Below, piece after piece: positions 50,951-64,000 of a stretch of 64,000 nt of DNA. Position 1 is the stretch's first letter; every line of letters begins with the position of its first letter. The stretch comes from Narcine bancroftii. Its lineage: Eukaryota. The stretch covers positions 90,396,001 through 90,460,000 of the forward strand of contig NC_091479.1 of the NCBI RefSeq assembly GCF_036971445.1. The letters are read 5' to 3'. The position numbers were made by a program, and so were the translations under genes. The notes beneath the pieces are model-generated. The model was not told the origin of the DNA. It saw only the letters and a list, made by a program, of their open reading frames with translations, and did no database searches.

Positions 50951-53900
50951 AAAAATATATATATATTTCATAGGAGCTTGTCAAGTGCAAATTAGCTACC
51001 TTACAACTACAGCAACATTTCATTGGTTCAAGACCTCCATGAAAGGGAGGCATACAAATATATGAATTAGGGTCAGCAGGAGACCACTTGATTCCTGAAG
51101 CCTGCTCTACTATTCAATAACAGCTGATCTGATTATGACCTCAACCAAGCATTCCTCATGACCCGAATGTTTCTCCCCTCCCCACTCATCAAATATCTAT
51201 TTACCTCTTGCTTTATAAAATATTCAGTCTGCATTCATCACTCTTTCAAGGAGATTGAAAGACTCATGATCCTCTGTGAGAAATAAAATCACCTCACCTG
51301 CTTTAAATGGGTAACCTCTTATTTTTAAACAATGATGGGTTCTGGATTCCCTCTCATGAGGAAACACCTCTCCACATCCACCCTGTCACGGCCTCTCAGG
51401 ATCTTATATTTCAAGCAAGTTAACTCCCCTTTAAATTGTGGCATATTTGCCATATAATCACATCTTATTTGAGCTATCAGTTGAGGTATTATATTACCTA
51501 TGAACAGTTAATGATGGGACGAGATAACTGCTTCATCCTGGCAGATGTTTCCATTTTTGTCACGGTTAGTTTTTACAGAAATTAATTGTATTGAATGGCT
51601 GTTTTAGACTAACATTTAAATATAATGAACCCTTAAAGACCAATCAAAGCAATTTTGTCCATCTGGGTTTCAACAGAGATCTTCAAAAGTAAATTGCACT
51701 TGACAGTTGTATCTTCAACATTTTTGAATGTTAAAGAGAAATTGATGCAATTTTATTATTAAATATTAAACAGTGGTTGTTTCCTATTGTTCTGCATTGC
51801 TCTTATTTCAATGAATTAATTGACAGACTTATGAGGGAAGTTTCTTGATAACTAATCAGGGTGGCATGTGGATGAGGTTTTTGTATTGGGAAGGTGCAAA
51901 GATTGATCAACCTAAGATCAGGAAATGATAAATATACTGCAATTGCTTTAACAATCTGCCAGGGTTTTCACTCTTGATTGCTATGCAGTAATTTCTGCTG
52001 AGAAACTGCATGTGTGAATGATTACAGGATTACCTTCAGCAGTGAGACCTGCTGCAGTTGAATATTCTGTTGAGACATTGTGCTGACCGGGTGATACTTG
52101 CAAAGCTAACCACCAAGGACGAATCAAGTCCTTTCAAGAGGGGAGTAGGACACAAGGGAGTTTGGGTTAGAAAGCAAAATATACATTGAAATATAAATTC
52201 ACCCAGCTTATGAAGTAGAGCAGCAAATCCGGAAGCTTTTATTATCTGGGCCCTTGAAACTTTGGCAAAATTCACCATTGAATGTGATCCACAGAAACTA
52301 GGCTTGAATCCAGATCTTTGTGGGATTCGAACTCCTGCTTTCTCAGTTGGTCTTAAACCTCATCTGGGCACCACATAGTGTTGAAATAAAAGGAAAAATC
52401 ACCTTGATTGTTCTCAATAAATCAGTGACCCAAATCCCACCTTTGAAACATGAGGCCTGTATGGGGATCAGCCGAAGGCAACATCCAGTTCAATAGCCAG
52501 ACAGTTCGTTGAAGCGCGGCATTGGGTTTGAGATGCAATTTAGCAGATATGATCCTGTTTCTGCTCATATCCTTTTTATACCCCGTTATCTCTATTTCCC
52601 TCTCATGAATGCCCTTACGCATTTTAGTGACCCAGCGGGTGGAGCCACTACCCCCGGTTCCAGCAATCCTGATGCTGGCTGTTGTCTGTGTGGAGTTTGT
52701 ATAACACGATTAGTGTAGCGGTTAGTGCCATGCTATTACAGCACCAGTGACGAGGGTTCGAACCCGGCACTATCTGTAAGGAGTCTGTACGTTCCTACAC
52801 CCCACCCCAACCCGTGTCTGCTATGGTTTCCTGCCATCAGTCAAAATGTGCCGGGGTTGGAGGTCAATTGGGCAGCATGGGTTCATGGGCTGAAAGGACC
52901 TATTAAAATTTTTTTTTAATAAACTCTCCCTGTGACCACGAAGGATTTCTCACACTGAACCGGGTTCCGCCTTCATCTCAAAAGATGTGCTTTGACATAT
53001 TAATTAGCCATTGAAAATTATCTATACTTTGCAGTTGCAATCTGAGCTGATGGAATGTGGAAAAAGTAAAAAGGAATTAGCGTAGGTTGGATGCTTGATA
53101 TCGCTGCAGTGGGCTGAAGGACATGCTTCCATGTCGTATGGCCCTTTGACCTGTAAAGACACATTTCCAAAGGAGCAGGGGAGCAAAATGACCTCAGCGA
53201 AATGGCTATTTTTAATTTGACAGTGAGTCATGATGGGATATTCCATATCTGAGCCCAATCCTTACCCGAGTAAATTACGAAAGTCTGCAGACATCGGGAG
53301 AACAATGCTGGAGAAACTGTACTTTATATAGCAAGGATAAAGATACATAACCAAAATGTTTTAGACTTGAGCCCTTCATCTGGGTATGAACAAAATGAAG
53401 ACCCAGTTAATGGAATCAGCGCTTGCAGAAATGATCCCAGCATTTAAGAGGCAATTTAAAATAAATTAAACATTAAATTATAATAAAACAAATCAGTAGT
53501 TTGTTTGGAACAACTCTGGGAATAAGAAGTACTTTCTGTGGGGAGGGGGGGGGGAGAAGAAATTAGGTAAAGAGATCTGTGAGCATCTGTAAGCCAATCC
53601 CAAACAAAAACAAATATTTTAAAAAGTTTAAGCCAAAAGAAGTTCTCATGACTTTGACTTAAGTTGGCCTTACTTCTACCCATGGGACTAAAATTCAAAT
53701 TTTCAAATTCCAACATTTCTATTGATCAGATGTAATTTATATGATTTGTATAAGAACAGAACAAGGATCCAGTGTCGGAAAGAGAGGGGCTGCTTCAAGA
53801 GATTTAAAAAAAAATAATGATGGTAATGTCATTCTGATTTGTTTCTTCAGCTCTATATCCAGAAACTTCCTTTGCATTATTTCTTGTGGCACTTGGAAAG

Positions 53901-54236
53901 GTTTCTACAAGCAAATATTCCTTTATTTAAACAAACAGTGTCTAATTTATACATTCAAGCACAAAAGATCAACACTGCAACAATATGTAGGTCAAAATTA
54001 ATCCAAGAACATTAAGGAGGAATGCACAAAAATGCTGGAGGAATAATCTCTTTCAAAGTTCTTCTTCTTCTCAAATAGCCCAGGTAAATCATTTAGAATG
54101 GAAACTCAAGTGACAGTAGTGCTACTTAATGCATCTTGCCAATTAGAAAAAAATATTTCCTGTCAGATAACATTGAATCCTGATGCTTACAAAATGATCT
54201 CATTTTTGAGGTACATATTAGAAATAGACATTTAAG

Positions 54237-54475
54237 TGTGGTGGTCTGACCACCAGCCTACTGCAGGGGGAGATCTCTGTACCTGCAGGAAGACCACCTC
54301 AGGGGCTGACTCCACCTGGCCGGCTGTCAATCAGCCGACCTGAACACAGGCCTGAGCAGGCCCCTCCTGAGCCAGTCACATGGGAGCCACTGGTGTTCAG
54401 ACTTTTATTTGAATAAAGCCTGTTGTACAGTCTTTGGAGTTTGGTTCTTGCTTGCTGCTTCCTCAGCTCACCACA
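54237..54475 (+). mobile_element. 239-bp solo LTR
   Basis: TGTGGTG...CACCACA termini, AATAAA at 54412-54417, 5-bp TSD TTAAG at 54232-54236 and 54476-54480. Confidence 0.9.
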
Positions 54476-57400
54476 TTAAGTTACTCCACAATACCTCTTT
54501 CTCCTAGGCATTACATATGGTTTCAATTTTATACAAATACTGTACTCAAATTATGAAGTAAAACAAAACAGGCTGGAAACCTAAAATTAAAAAAAAAGAA
54601 ACTATCAGTAGGATGCATCATTCATGCAGAGAGTTGCATTTTTAGGTCGATGGCCTTTCCATCAATTATTTTTGTTATTTTTCTCTTTTTTTGAACATCT
54701 CTTCATTCATATAAAGCACCTAGATCAAGCAAGATTCAATGGTTTGTCTCCCTGTGGCAAATTCTCCTTCTGACCACAAGGGTTTCCTCCCAATGCTCTG
54801 GGTTCCTCCCTCATCTCAAAGTGGTGTATGTTAATCGGCCGTTGATCTGCAAGGATGCAACAGTGGTGTAAATTAATTTTTGAAATTCCATCTCTATTTA
54901 CAGAAGAGATCCTGCCACCCTTTTCCATGGATTTAAAAAAGAACTTGCACCAGGGTCGCATTATCGAACAGAAGTCTTGTAACATGCTTGTAGAGGAGGT
55001 ATTTTTCCAGCCAGCATGATTGGGAATTTCCAGCGCCTTCAGGTCTGGGTGCTTGAACATGGAGAGTAGTAGTCAAGGGTAAGATGAGGTGGAAGGTGTT
55101 GCCCTAATACACTAGGAATTGGAAAGTTTTCCGGTAGCTTGAGCCTCACTCATATAATCCCTAACTAATACACCTGCATCAAGAAAAAGCAGTTTAAAAG
55201 ACAAAAAATACTATACGGTATTTACACTAAACAAACTTCACTTGCATTAACACATGAACCTTGAAGTATTATACTTTATTTTCAGTCACATTGTTTGAAA
55301 ACATTTAATCGATACTGCATCTGCAGATTCCTCCCCCTCCATGGAGCCGCCCGAAGGATGAACAATAACATCATAATTAACCCTCCTCCCCCAAATTTAC
55401 AGATGAAGCCTCACTAATATACTTAATAATATACTAATAAAGATAAAGACTCTTACTAAGCAGGAATAAGGAGACAGTTTAAGAGAGTCACCCCAACGGC
55501 AAGCAGCATCAACCAGCTCTTCAGCCTGGGCGACATCATTTTATTCAAACACAAATTTATTCAAACAGCTGCTACAAGCAAAGCACGACCGAGGCCCTCC
55601 GCTGGCTGAATATTTGTTCTCATCTTCACCAAAGGTTCATGTGTTACTTTAGAGAACATTTACTTTCACAATTATAAACTTTTATTTAAATTTTTATTTA
55701 TTCTTATTCATTCTAATTATTTATTTTCCTCGTTTTGTTTTTTTTTGCCGGTTACTTGAGGTTGCCAGTTGCTTGAAATCTGGATAACAGGGGTTTTACT
55801 GTATTTTCTGACTATGCATTATTATTGTGCAGGTTCACAGAGAGACCCTCAGAGTGTGCATGAATGGGGATCAGCCCCCACACAGTATTTCTACACACAA
55901 CAGAAAATGTATTATGCCATTTATCATCTTTCCTTTTCTCCTGATAATTGCGTTAAAATGCAGCAAAATTATTGGCTTCACAGAAATATAACCCGGATAT
56001 TTGCAGGGAAATAGTGACATACTATTTGACCCGAGCACTCTCTCCTTGTGTTTCTAATTGACATCCATATTCCCCTTCTAATTATTCCTGACCATCTTGA
56101 CCAATATCCCTCTCTTCATTTCCTCCCCATGTGCTCATCACGCTTCCCCTAAACTCAGCAACAGTTTACATTGCAACCATCTACATTCTCGGCTATTGCT
56201 TTGGTGGGCCATTTTTGACACAGCTATGTGGTCAGAAAGCCAGGAAACAAAGGTTAAGCACCTTCCAGCTACGTGTCACTGAAAATTGCAAACAGAAGCC
56301 TAATGATACTGGAGGACTTAATTAAATTAATAGATATATTGCCTTAAACAGACATATATCCCAGCAGCCCAAGGGAGGGCTCCTATAAAATGAAGCTAGA
56401 GCTTTAATTATGTTGGTGACCAAGCATGTGTAAAAGCAGTCCTCCCCATAACTTACAGAAATTGGTTTCATACCATAAACAGACAATGATATTAAGCTTC
56501 AGGATCCAAATTGGCCATTGGGTCAAACTTCCACAAATCCAATGTGGATGCCTAGCATGTTCCTTTTGCAAAATTGGGAGGGCCTTGAGGATGGCAAACA
56601 AAATAAGCCATTGCACGGGCAGGTTGGCACTAGCTCAGTGTCACTGTGGAGTCAGAGGAAAACACTTCAGTTGAAAGGCGGCAAATTAAAATGCAGGCTT
56701 GTTGCTAAGGGCATGGTACATCCATGGTGGAAGTGGCCGCTCTCTTCTTTCAAGTAGAGTGCAAAACATTCCATCCTAGAGCTTTAATTGCACTCAATTG
56801 TCATTGATGTTCAAAAATGTGTTGATCAGTTAGATTCCTTTCCCTTTTCCCATTTTTGGCTTTATATGTGAGAGCATGCAAGGCTGAAATGTTGCCACTA
56901 CACTTATGGGAGAAAAGGAATAAATCTCCATTAAAATAATCTGGTAACAATAATTTTTAAAAAGATTTATGCATGTTTGTTCAGCTAACGTAACCAGGAA
57001 CTTTGGATGCTGAAAGGCCTTGGCAATACCAAGAATTGGCTGCTGAGCAGAATTGAAGTACCTGCAAACTTTGTTCCATTGACAAATGGCATGCATGATC
57101 ATTAAGGATGAGTAGCAAAGACATGCAAAGGGCACTATGCACATCAAACACATTGCTCTCTTTGGTGGATAATTGACAATGCTAAAACATCCAGCCAGAC
57201 ACTCATACATGACTAAAGAGAATAATTTCCAAGTGTAGATCAAAGATATGGGTAATATTTTCTTTTTTTTTAAAGCTGGGATGTATTTGTTATCAGGATA
57301 CATTAAATGGGAGGTTGTGAGCAGACAGGAGTGTTTCTCAAATACTTTATTTAAATTGGCCTTCAAAGTTTTGCATGAATATCTGATCAGATATGCTATC

Positions 57401-58554
57401 ATTTATGACACCTACCAATTTAAGAAATCAAAGAATGTAAAGACGAACTTCCTTCATCTTAAATTGGCAAAACTCTGGAATGCAGTTCATCAATTTTTCT
57501 ATCCGATGATCTAGGAAACTAAGTTAACTTCAGTAATAAGCTAATACATAAGTTTATTTTTAGTCCGATCCTTTGTAGCATTCCACAAGTATCTTTAAAT
57601 TACTTGATGACAAATCCTTCGTGAAGATCTTCAAATGTTCTTATATTCCTTTGCAAATAGTCCCATCCTCCCATATGCATATCTATTGATTAGATCTTAT
57701 GTATTGTACTCACAAACATATGCAAAGGATGGAATTTGAAAAGGTGAAGGTTGAATCTTTCTATAAATGACTGCCTCCTCTTGATTAGATTTCAATCCCC
57801 TCAAATATTTTCCGAGGAATGAGTGTGCGCAGGGAATCTGAGCATCCTCCACTGCTCTGACCTCTGCTTCAGGAGACTGCTTGAGATGAAGTGCTGGAAG
57901 TACTATATACAAAATGCAAACTGTCAGCAATGGGACCAGGTATACTGAGCCTGCTCCTGACATACACCAGCTGTTCGCCAATGACCTATGGTCAGCCAAC
58001 AAGATTCACAGACAGCACATCGGACCTAGATCGGCCTTTCTTTAATTAGGCAACTGTATTTTTACAAACAAGTTCTGAGTGAAAGATAAAGGAAATATAT
58101 CATTTATATGTCCATTTCATTAAAATACAATAACTTTAAAAGTAGTGCAGAATACTTAGACTTCAAACATGCTGCAGCTATCCTGATTTCTTTTCTCTCT
58201 GTGTTCAGGTCATTATGACCTGTGCTTGAACTTCTCTTTCTCTTGCTATTGCATTTCATTGTCAGGCATTCCTGGCAGTCTCCAAATTACATTGTGAGGA
58301 AACTGCTAATACAGTACCTGGCTTTTCCTGACTACCCCGTGCCATGCTAATACTACTCTTGGAGCATACAATGGATTTTCTAGGCTCCATGGTAGAACTC
58401 CCAGAGTTTACAAAACCCAACCACATTGACTTGCTCCGTTACAATCTACATCCTATGAGAAAGTAAGATTACAAGGATACTCTTATCCATGTTAAGTAAG
58501 TTCATTGTTTTGTGCAGAAAAGCTTTACTTGTGTGTGCTTAAATAACTTGTTAC

Positions 58555-58560
58555 TTTATT
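58555..58560 (-). terminator. Candidate proximal poly(A) signal of msrb3
   Basis: AATAAA on the minus strand ~80 nt after the stop. Alternatives lie at 57553-57558 and 57346-57351. Confidence 0.3.
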
Positions 58561-58638
58561 ACTTTAAATGCACAAAGATGTTTGTCGCTGGAGCACAGAG
58601 TTGTGAAGTAATAACCCCATTCATCAGTCCTCTGTAGC

Positions 58639-58794
58639 CTAAAGTTCAGTCTTGCCAGATGGGGCAGGATTGTTGCCTTCATCAGTTGAGCTCTGGCCCG
58701 TGGGTATAAAGGATAATGAGGCAGAGTTTATACAATACCGTTTACCAGTTGGACAGGGCCCATCATCAAAGACATGTCCCAGATGTGCACCGCA
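58639..58794 (-). CDS. msrb3: Methionine-R-sulfoxide reductase B3, last coding exon
   Basis: TTTCAG acceptor, then [29 protein letters not shown]...GKTEL*. Contains the catalytic RYCINS motif and a KDEL-like C-terminus. Confidence 0.96.
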   Translation of the reverse strand, partial: CGAHLGHVFDDGPCPTGKRYCINSASLSFIPTGQSSTDEGNNPAPSGKTEL

Positions 58795-59184
58795 CTGAAA
58801 TAAAATAGCAAAAGTAATTGCTTTCTTGTAACAAAATGGATATTTTAGATTGCTGTTATAGTCTACATCATTCATCACAAGGCAGTAAAGCTAGATAACA
58901 TCTAAATATTCCTTCAGATCTAACCTTTCACCCTTTAATAGCAGCTATTTATTGTGGTTAAAAAGTACTCTTCCAGCAACTTGATAAAGTGATGCAGATT
59001 CGGAAATATTAATTATGCTTCATTAAATCAACCAGGCAGCCGTTAACTATTTCAAAAGATTTTAAAGATAATTTATTATTTTATACCTGAGATTATAAAC
59101 TGATTCAACAGGAATGTTTTGAACCAAATTAAGTGGAAACTGTAAACAATAAAAATTGCCTTTCTAAAGACTTCTAGTTTTGTA

Positions 59185-60002
59185 CCAAATTCCAAACTGA
59201 GCTGTAAGGATTGTTGGACATCAGGAATTAACTTTTATTTAAGCTTCCTTAAACCAGAGTGACTGAGGCCATATCTGATTTCCTTTACCACCAGCCTTCC
59301 TGTGATCACTGTGTCAAGCCATCACAAGAACGCTACATGCCGAGATCAGACTGTGTATTGGTGATGGACAATGGCACTGTGTTGTTAAAACTGTTTTATG
59401 CCACTGTGGCCCTGTCAGTTGTACCATCAGCTGCTTGCTGGGTGAAATCCTCCTGTTGCTGTCAAGGACACAAAGATCCTACTATATTCTAGCTTTAACA
59501 TTCTGGTCATTGATTCTCATTAATATTTGAAATCAAATGTTACAGTATGGGAACATTTTCAAACATCTATTTATTGTGTCATATTTTATTAAATATATAC
59601 ATTACATAAATTAAACATTTGTATTTTTAAATTGTAATTTATTGTTGAATTAGAAAATTTATGAAGAATTGAACAAAGACTTTTACATTTCTTTGTCAGA
59701 AAAGTTGTTATTTGTGTTCTTTGTTCTTTTTAATTTCTCCTCTCAGTCCTGCAATATTGAGCTCTCGCTGGGGCGCAGTTGCATAAAGAGTCAAGTTCAC
59801 CAAGTGGACACATTCAAAACAGTAACATTAAACATTTTAAAAAAGGTTGTACTGCAGCAATACAACCCCGGCCAAATTCCAAACTCAAAACTCACAGCTG
59901 AGCTGTGAGTATGTATTGCCGCTCATCAAGAATTAACTTTATTTAAACTTCCTTAAACCAGAGTGACTGAGGCCAGATTTGATTTCCTTTGCCTTCAGCT
60001 TC
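59185..60002. repeat. Diverged intronic direct duplication (~59185-59298 and ~59872-60002)
   Basis: Shared block GAATTAACTTT..CTTCCTTAAACCAGAGTGACTGAGGCCA..TGATTTCCTTT. Confidence 0.85.
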
Positions 60003-60329
60003 ACAGAGAGCAAATGAGCATAATCAAGAAGCCTGATTGGGGATTTTCTTATTTTCATTGGATAGACTATGAAGCATTCAGATTTGTTTTTAGCATTTCC
60101 TTCTGCTGATCCACCAAAATGATGGTTGCTACACAGGAACAAAGTTAACGAGAGTACCTGTTTTCCCAATAAATTCCAAATACTGTACATATATTGTTTG
60201 CAGTATAGCAACCAATGTTAAATTCCTAGTTAAGTTTAATTGAAAATGTCATATAAATTAAATAGTTTCAAAATATCATTCAATATCATTCAGTGACATT
60301 AGTTCCAATGATAGCATTAACATACTTAC

Positions 60330-60427
60330 ATTGGTGCAGCTTATCTCAATCCTGTGCATGCCATGAGAAAAGTCATCTACAAGTGTTATTGCATCAGAAT
60401 CCAGCACATCGTAGAAGGATGGCCAAC
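60330..60427 (-). CDS. msrb3: MSRB3 penultimate coding exon (98 bp)
   Basis: CAG acceptor and GTAAGT donor. Encodes (G)[32 protein letters not shown] and splices in phase 0 to form the zinc-binding CTNC motif. Not shown in the ORF track. Confidence 0.95.
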
Positions 60428-61059
60428 CTGCGTGGTAATAAATGTATTATTGACACTTTGTTTATGCTCACACAACCAATATTCTTGTAAAAGACTGGAT
60501 TCTTTGAAAAATATCTAATGCAAAGACTTACTTGCTGTGTTTGTTTCTGACAATAATGAAAGTTACATGTAATTTCATTCCAAAATGATTGATAGAAACA
60601 ATGGGTTCGAACCCAGCACAGTCCGTAAAGGGTTTGTACATTCTCCCCATGACGACGTGGGTTTCCTCTGGATGTTCTGGTTTCCTTCCACCCTCAAAAA
60701 TGTTTGGGGTTTGGAGGTTAATTGGTGTATTTGGGGCAGCACAGGTTCGTGGGCCAGAAGGCACTGTTACTGTGCTATATCTCTAAATTAAAAATTTTAA
60801 ATAGTCTATGGTTCAATAGATTTGTGGTTGAGAATCAGCAGGGGAATAAATAATTTAGATTCAATGGTGTGTGATAAGTAAATGTTAATTAATTATCCTT
60901 TTAACGAAGAATGGTCATAACATATGTTAAGATCAAAAATGATTTTGTTCAAAATGAAACCAACCCAAGTATCTAACAAAGTAAACTTCAAAGATATGAA
61001 ACACGAGTTCTCTGTGGGAGTCGGGAAATTACGTGAAAAATTGTGACGGCCGATAAATA

Positions 61060-62170
61060 ATAGCTAACATTTAACTAAATACATTTTTTTTCCCTTAAGG
61101 AATAAAACACAAAAAGTGAGGCTAATAAAAATCAAGAAGAGAATTAGATGAAAGGAAAATAGCTCATAAGGTTGCCAAAATAGAACACCTGGTTTGAAGA
61201 TTGGGAGCATTTCAGAATTCAGCAAACGAGCATCCAGAAAAAATGATAAGGAAAGGACATGTAGAATATATTAAAGGTATTGGACAAGGAAACATAAAAA
61301 TGCCTTGTAAAATCTCTAAAGATATGTAAAATGGAAGATTAATATAGATCGTTTAGATCCTGAGATGGGAGAAATTATATGTGAGATTATAGCATTGGTA
61401 GGGAAATTAAAGAAGTATTTTGCAACTATCCTCATGGGAAAAACATTTTGGAAAATTTGGAGAACAGGTTTAGATAGAGGCACCTTAAAGAAGTTTTCAT
61501 TAGTAAAAATTGATTTGGGGAAAATTAATTCATTGATGATATGCATCCAAATTTATCTGCCAAAAAGAAAACTGATACCATTTTTTTCCTGTTACAAGGA
61601 GCAGGATAGATAAAGGGAAACTAGTAGAGGTTTTTTACAGCTTCAAAAAGCTTTGAGGAAGTTGCACCGGCTAAAATGCTGAATAAAATTAGAGTAGCTG
61701 AGTTTGGCAGTAATATACTAACATGATTATATTTGACTCAAGTTTGGAAAACAGGGAATAGAAATAAGAAGGCATTTTTTTCAGTTAGGAGACTGCAACA
61801 TATCTGCTGAAAACGGACACCTCAAATACTTACAGACGGACTAAGTGAACGGGCAAGGAAAAGGGGGATGGAAAATAACATGAAAAAAATGTGAGATCGT
61901 CCACTTCAACAGAAAAACAAGGAGAAATTCATTTATTTTGTGGTGTTAGAGCACCCGGCAATTCAACATGCAATTACATAAAGAATTAAGAAAGTAAATG
62001 GTACACTGACCTTAATCTCAAGGTGATTTGAGTAGAAGGGAAAAGATATCAATCCAGAATTATATAGGGCCCTGATGAGCTAGCACCTAGACTGATAATC
62101 TCATTCCCTAAAGGAATATATACTTGTGAAAGACAGAATATAACAAAGATTCAAGGAATCTTCCTATAAA
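61060..62170 (+). mobile_element. Highly decayed CR1 LINE in an msrb3 intron
   Basis: Degenerate CR1-like peptide remnants (FKKL..EV, KCEIVHF, LYRAL..HLD). Confidence 0.55.
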
Positions 62171-64000
62171 TTATTCAATGCAAGTCTAATCTAATTTGTG
62201 AATTGAAGGACACACATCCAACTACAGTGCAACAGGGAGAATTTTAAGTGATTTTGTCCATACTTCAATTATTATTAAAATCTTTTAAAATTCTATGTTA
62301 TTTACAACATGGTAGAAGCTGATTCTGGACATTGAAATCTGTGCCACCCCTAATTAACCTACAACCATGTTTGGAGGGAAGACCACTCAGGTCACTGGGA
62401 GAAAGTACAAACTCCTTCAAACCCAGTTCACTGGCACTGTAAAGAGTTGTGCAAAGCACAAGTTGGATAGTTAAAAATTGCGAAACAATAAATAACTTGT
62501 TAAAGATGAAATCTCCATGAAGGCCGCCTCTGCAATAATGATGTAACAAATGTTTAAAATTAACTATCATTTTTAGCCATTTGCAGACTTTTTATAAACA
62601 ACAAATGTTATTCTGATTAAAAATCTAATTCTTGTGCCTTGAGATTGTCATCTTTGAAAAGAATACATGTCCATTCTGGCTCTTCCCCTAACAGCCCACG
62701 GCTGTAAATGCTCCTTTTAATCTTCTTAAATATGTTTGTTAACTCTTCCAGTTGTCAGGCTGCTGCATAACACAGGTTCTAAAGTTCTGAATCCTTTACA
62801 CTAATCAATTTAATGAATAATATCACGTAATGAGATTTAACAAATGAGATTTCAATGCATGATTCCTTAAGAATGGTAGAGTGCAGTTTGGCTGGGTACA
62901 TTAGTAACAGGGATGTTTCTTTGTCCCGTCTCTATTACTTCCCATTACAAATATTTTTTTTCCCCTTTCAAGTATCTGCCTGGTTCACTTCCAAAGTCCT
63001 TTATACATTGCACTCCAAGTCACAACAACATGCCATTTAAAAATGTCTCCTCACAATGGCCCTGGTTCTATTTCCAATGAACTTGGTTCGCCAACCTTTC
63101 CAACAGTGGAAAAATTATCCCACATGAAATTGAAATCCTTAAAAAAATTAACAATTTTATCAAACCTGTCGTCAACCTTCAATATTCTGGGAAGAACAAC
63201 TCTTTTTTTTCTCCACGCAACCAAAATCCTTTATCTCTTGGAACCTTATAGTAAACCTCACCTGCATCTACCTTTAATTCTTCAAAAGCATAGTGCTCGG
63301 AATTTGTCACAATTGGTCAATAAAATTGCTTTAAAAACAATTTATTTTTCATTGTAACTCCTCCATGTTTAAAAATCCACAGTGCAGCAAGATATACTGC
63401 TGGGATTTACAAGGATCTGCAGGCAGATGTGCCCTCAATTGGCTATTCCATAACAGAAGCTGTGAGGCGGCCTTCCCCTCAGCAGATCAACAGCTCCAGG
63501 TATCTAGTCATGGTGTTCAACGGGGCATTGTGAACCTCTGCAGACTTCCTGGCTGAGGAACCCATCCATTGAATCTGCCAGATTAGCCAGGCACCCACTG
63601 AAATCAATTGGAGGAATTGCTGCTGGGATGAAGTAAAGCTTTTTGCTTAACTTAATTAAGATGGCTTAAATGCGATTAAATTTCTTTAAAGTGTGCAGAT
63701 GTGTGCTTTTAGTCTTTTAGCTTTTATTTTTAATAATTTTTCAAACTGACTTTAAATGTGAATGTCAATGACATTCACAAACACTCAGTTTAAAAGGCAT
63801 AATTGATGTTTGCTACATAAATATATTTATCCTCATGCTGCCTCTGTTTCCATTACCAATTAACATAAATTACATGCTTTGCTTACTGACCTTCCCAAGA
63901 GTGGAAATACAGCCACTGGTAGAATCTGTGATTACTGATGTCCTGACGTGCTGGTGTCCCAGCAGAACATTGTGCCCTGGACTAGGCTGGAATAAACAGT

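Noticed and set aside
56830-57402. 190-aa minus-strand ORF downstream of msrb3
   Set aside because: Composition typical of translated AT-rich non-coding DNA, with no domain; probably 3' UTR or flank.
58795-58878. N-terminal part of the 79-aa ORF over the msrb3 last exon
   Set aside because: Intronic read-through upstream of the TTTCAG acceptor.
60500-64000. Further upstream msrb3 exons
   Set aside because: No match to the expected short SETKFDSGS-type exon found by eye; probably beyond the window.

Overview
Vertebrate genomic DNA (probably a cartilaginous fish, judging from V-SINE, Deu-SINE, CR1, Penelope and Rex-type repeats; this is inference). It is AT-rich and dominated by transposable elements. 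The only host gene I can support is the 3' end of msrb3 on the minus strand: two exons at 60330-60427 and 58639-58794, ending in the ER-retention signal KTEL. The remaining ~58 kb is downstream non-coding DNA. It contains a full-length RTE/BovB-like LINE with an intact ORF (12164-15868) nested in a dead L1, three young 5'-truncated copies of that RTE, and an apparent non-autonomous RTE derivative made of 5' leader plus 3' tail. Also present: a decayed Tc1, a Gypsy remnant with integrase before RT, solo LTRs, MITEs, a 5S-derived SINE, LF-SINE-like relics, Penelope-type hammerhead-like motifs and a good CTCF motif. There is no CRISPR or prokaryotic system. Family names come from recalled motifs, not database searches, and many repeat boundaries are approximate.
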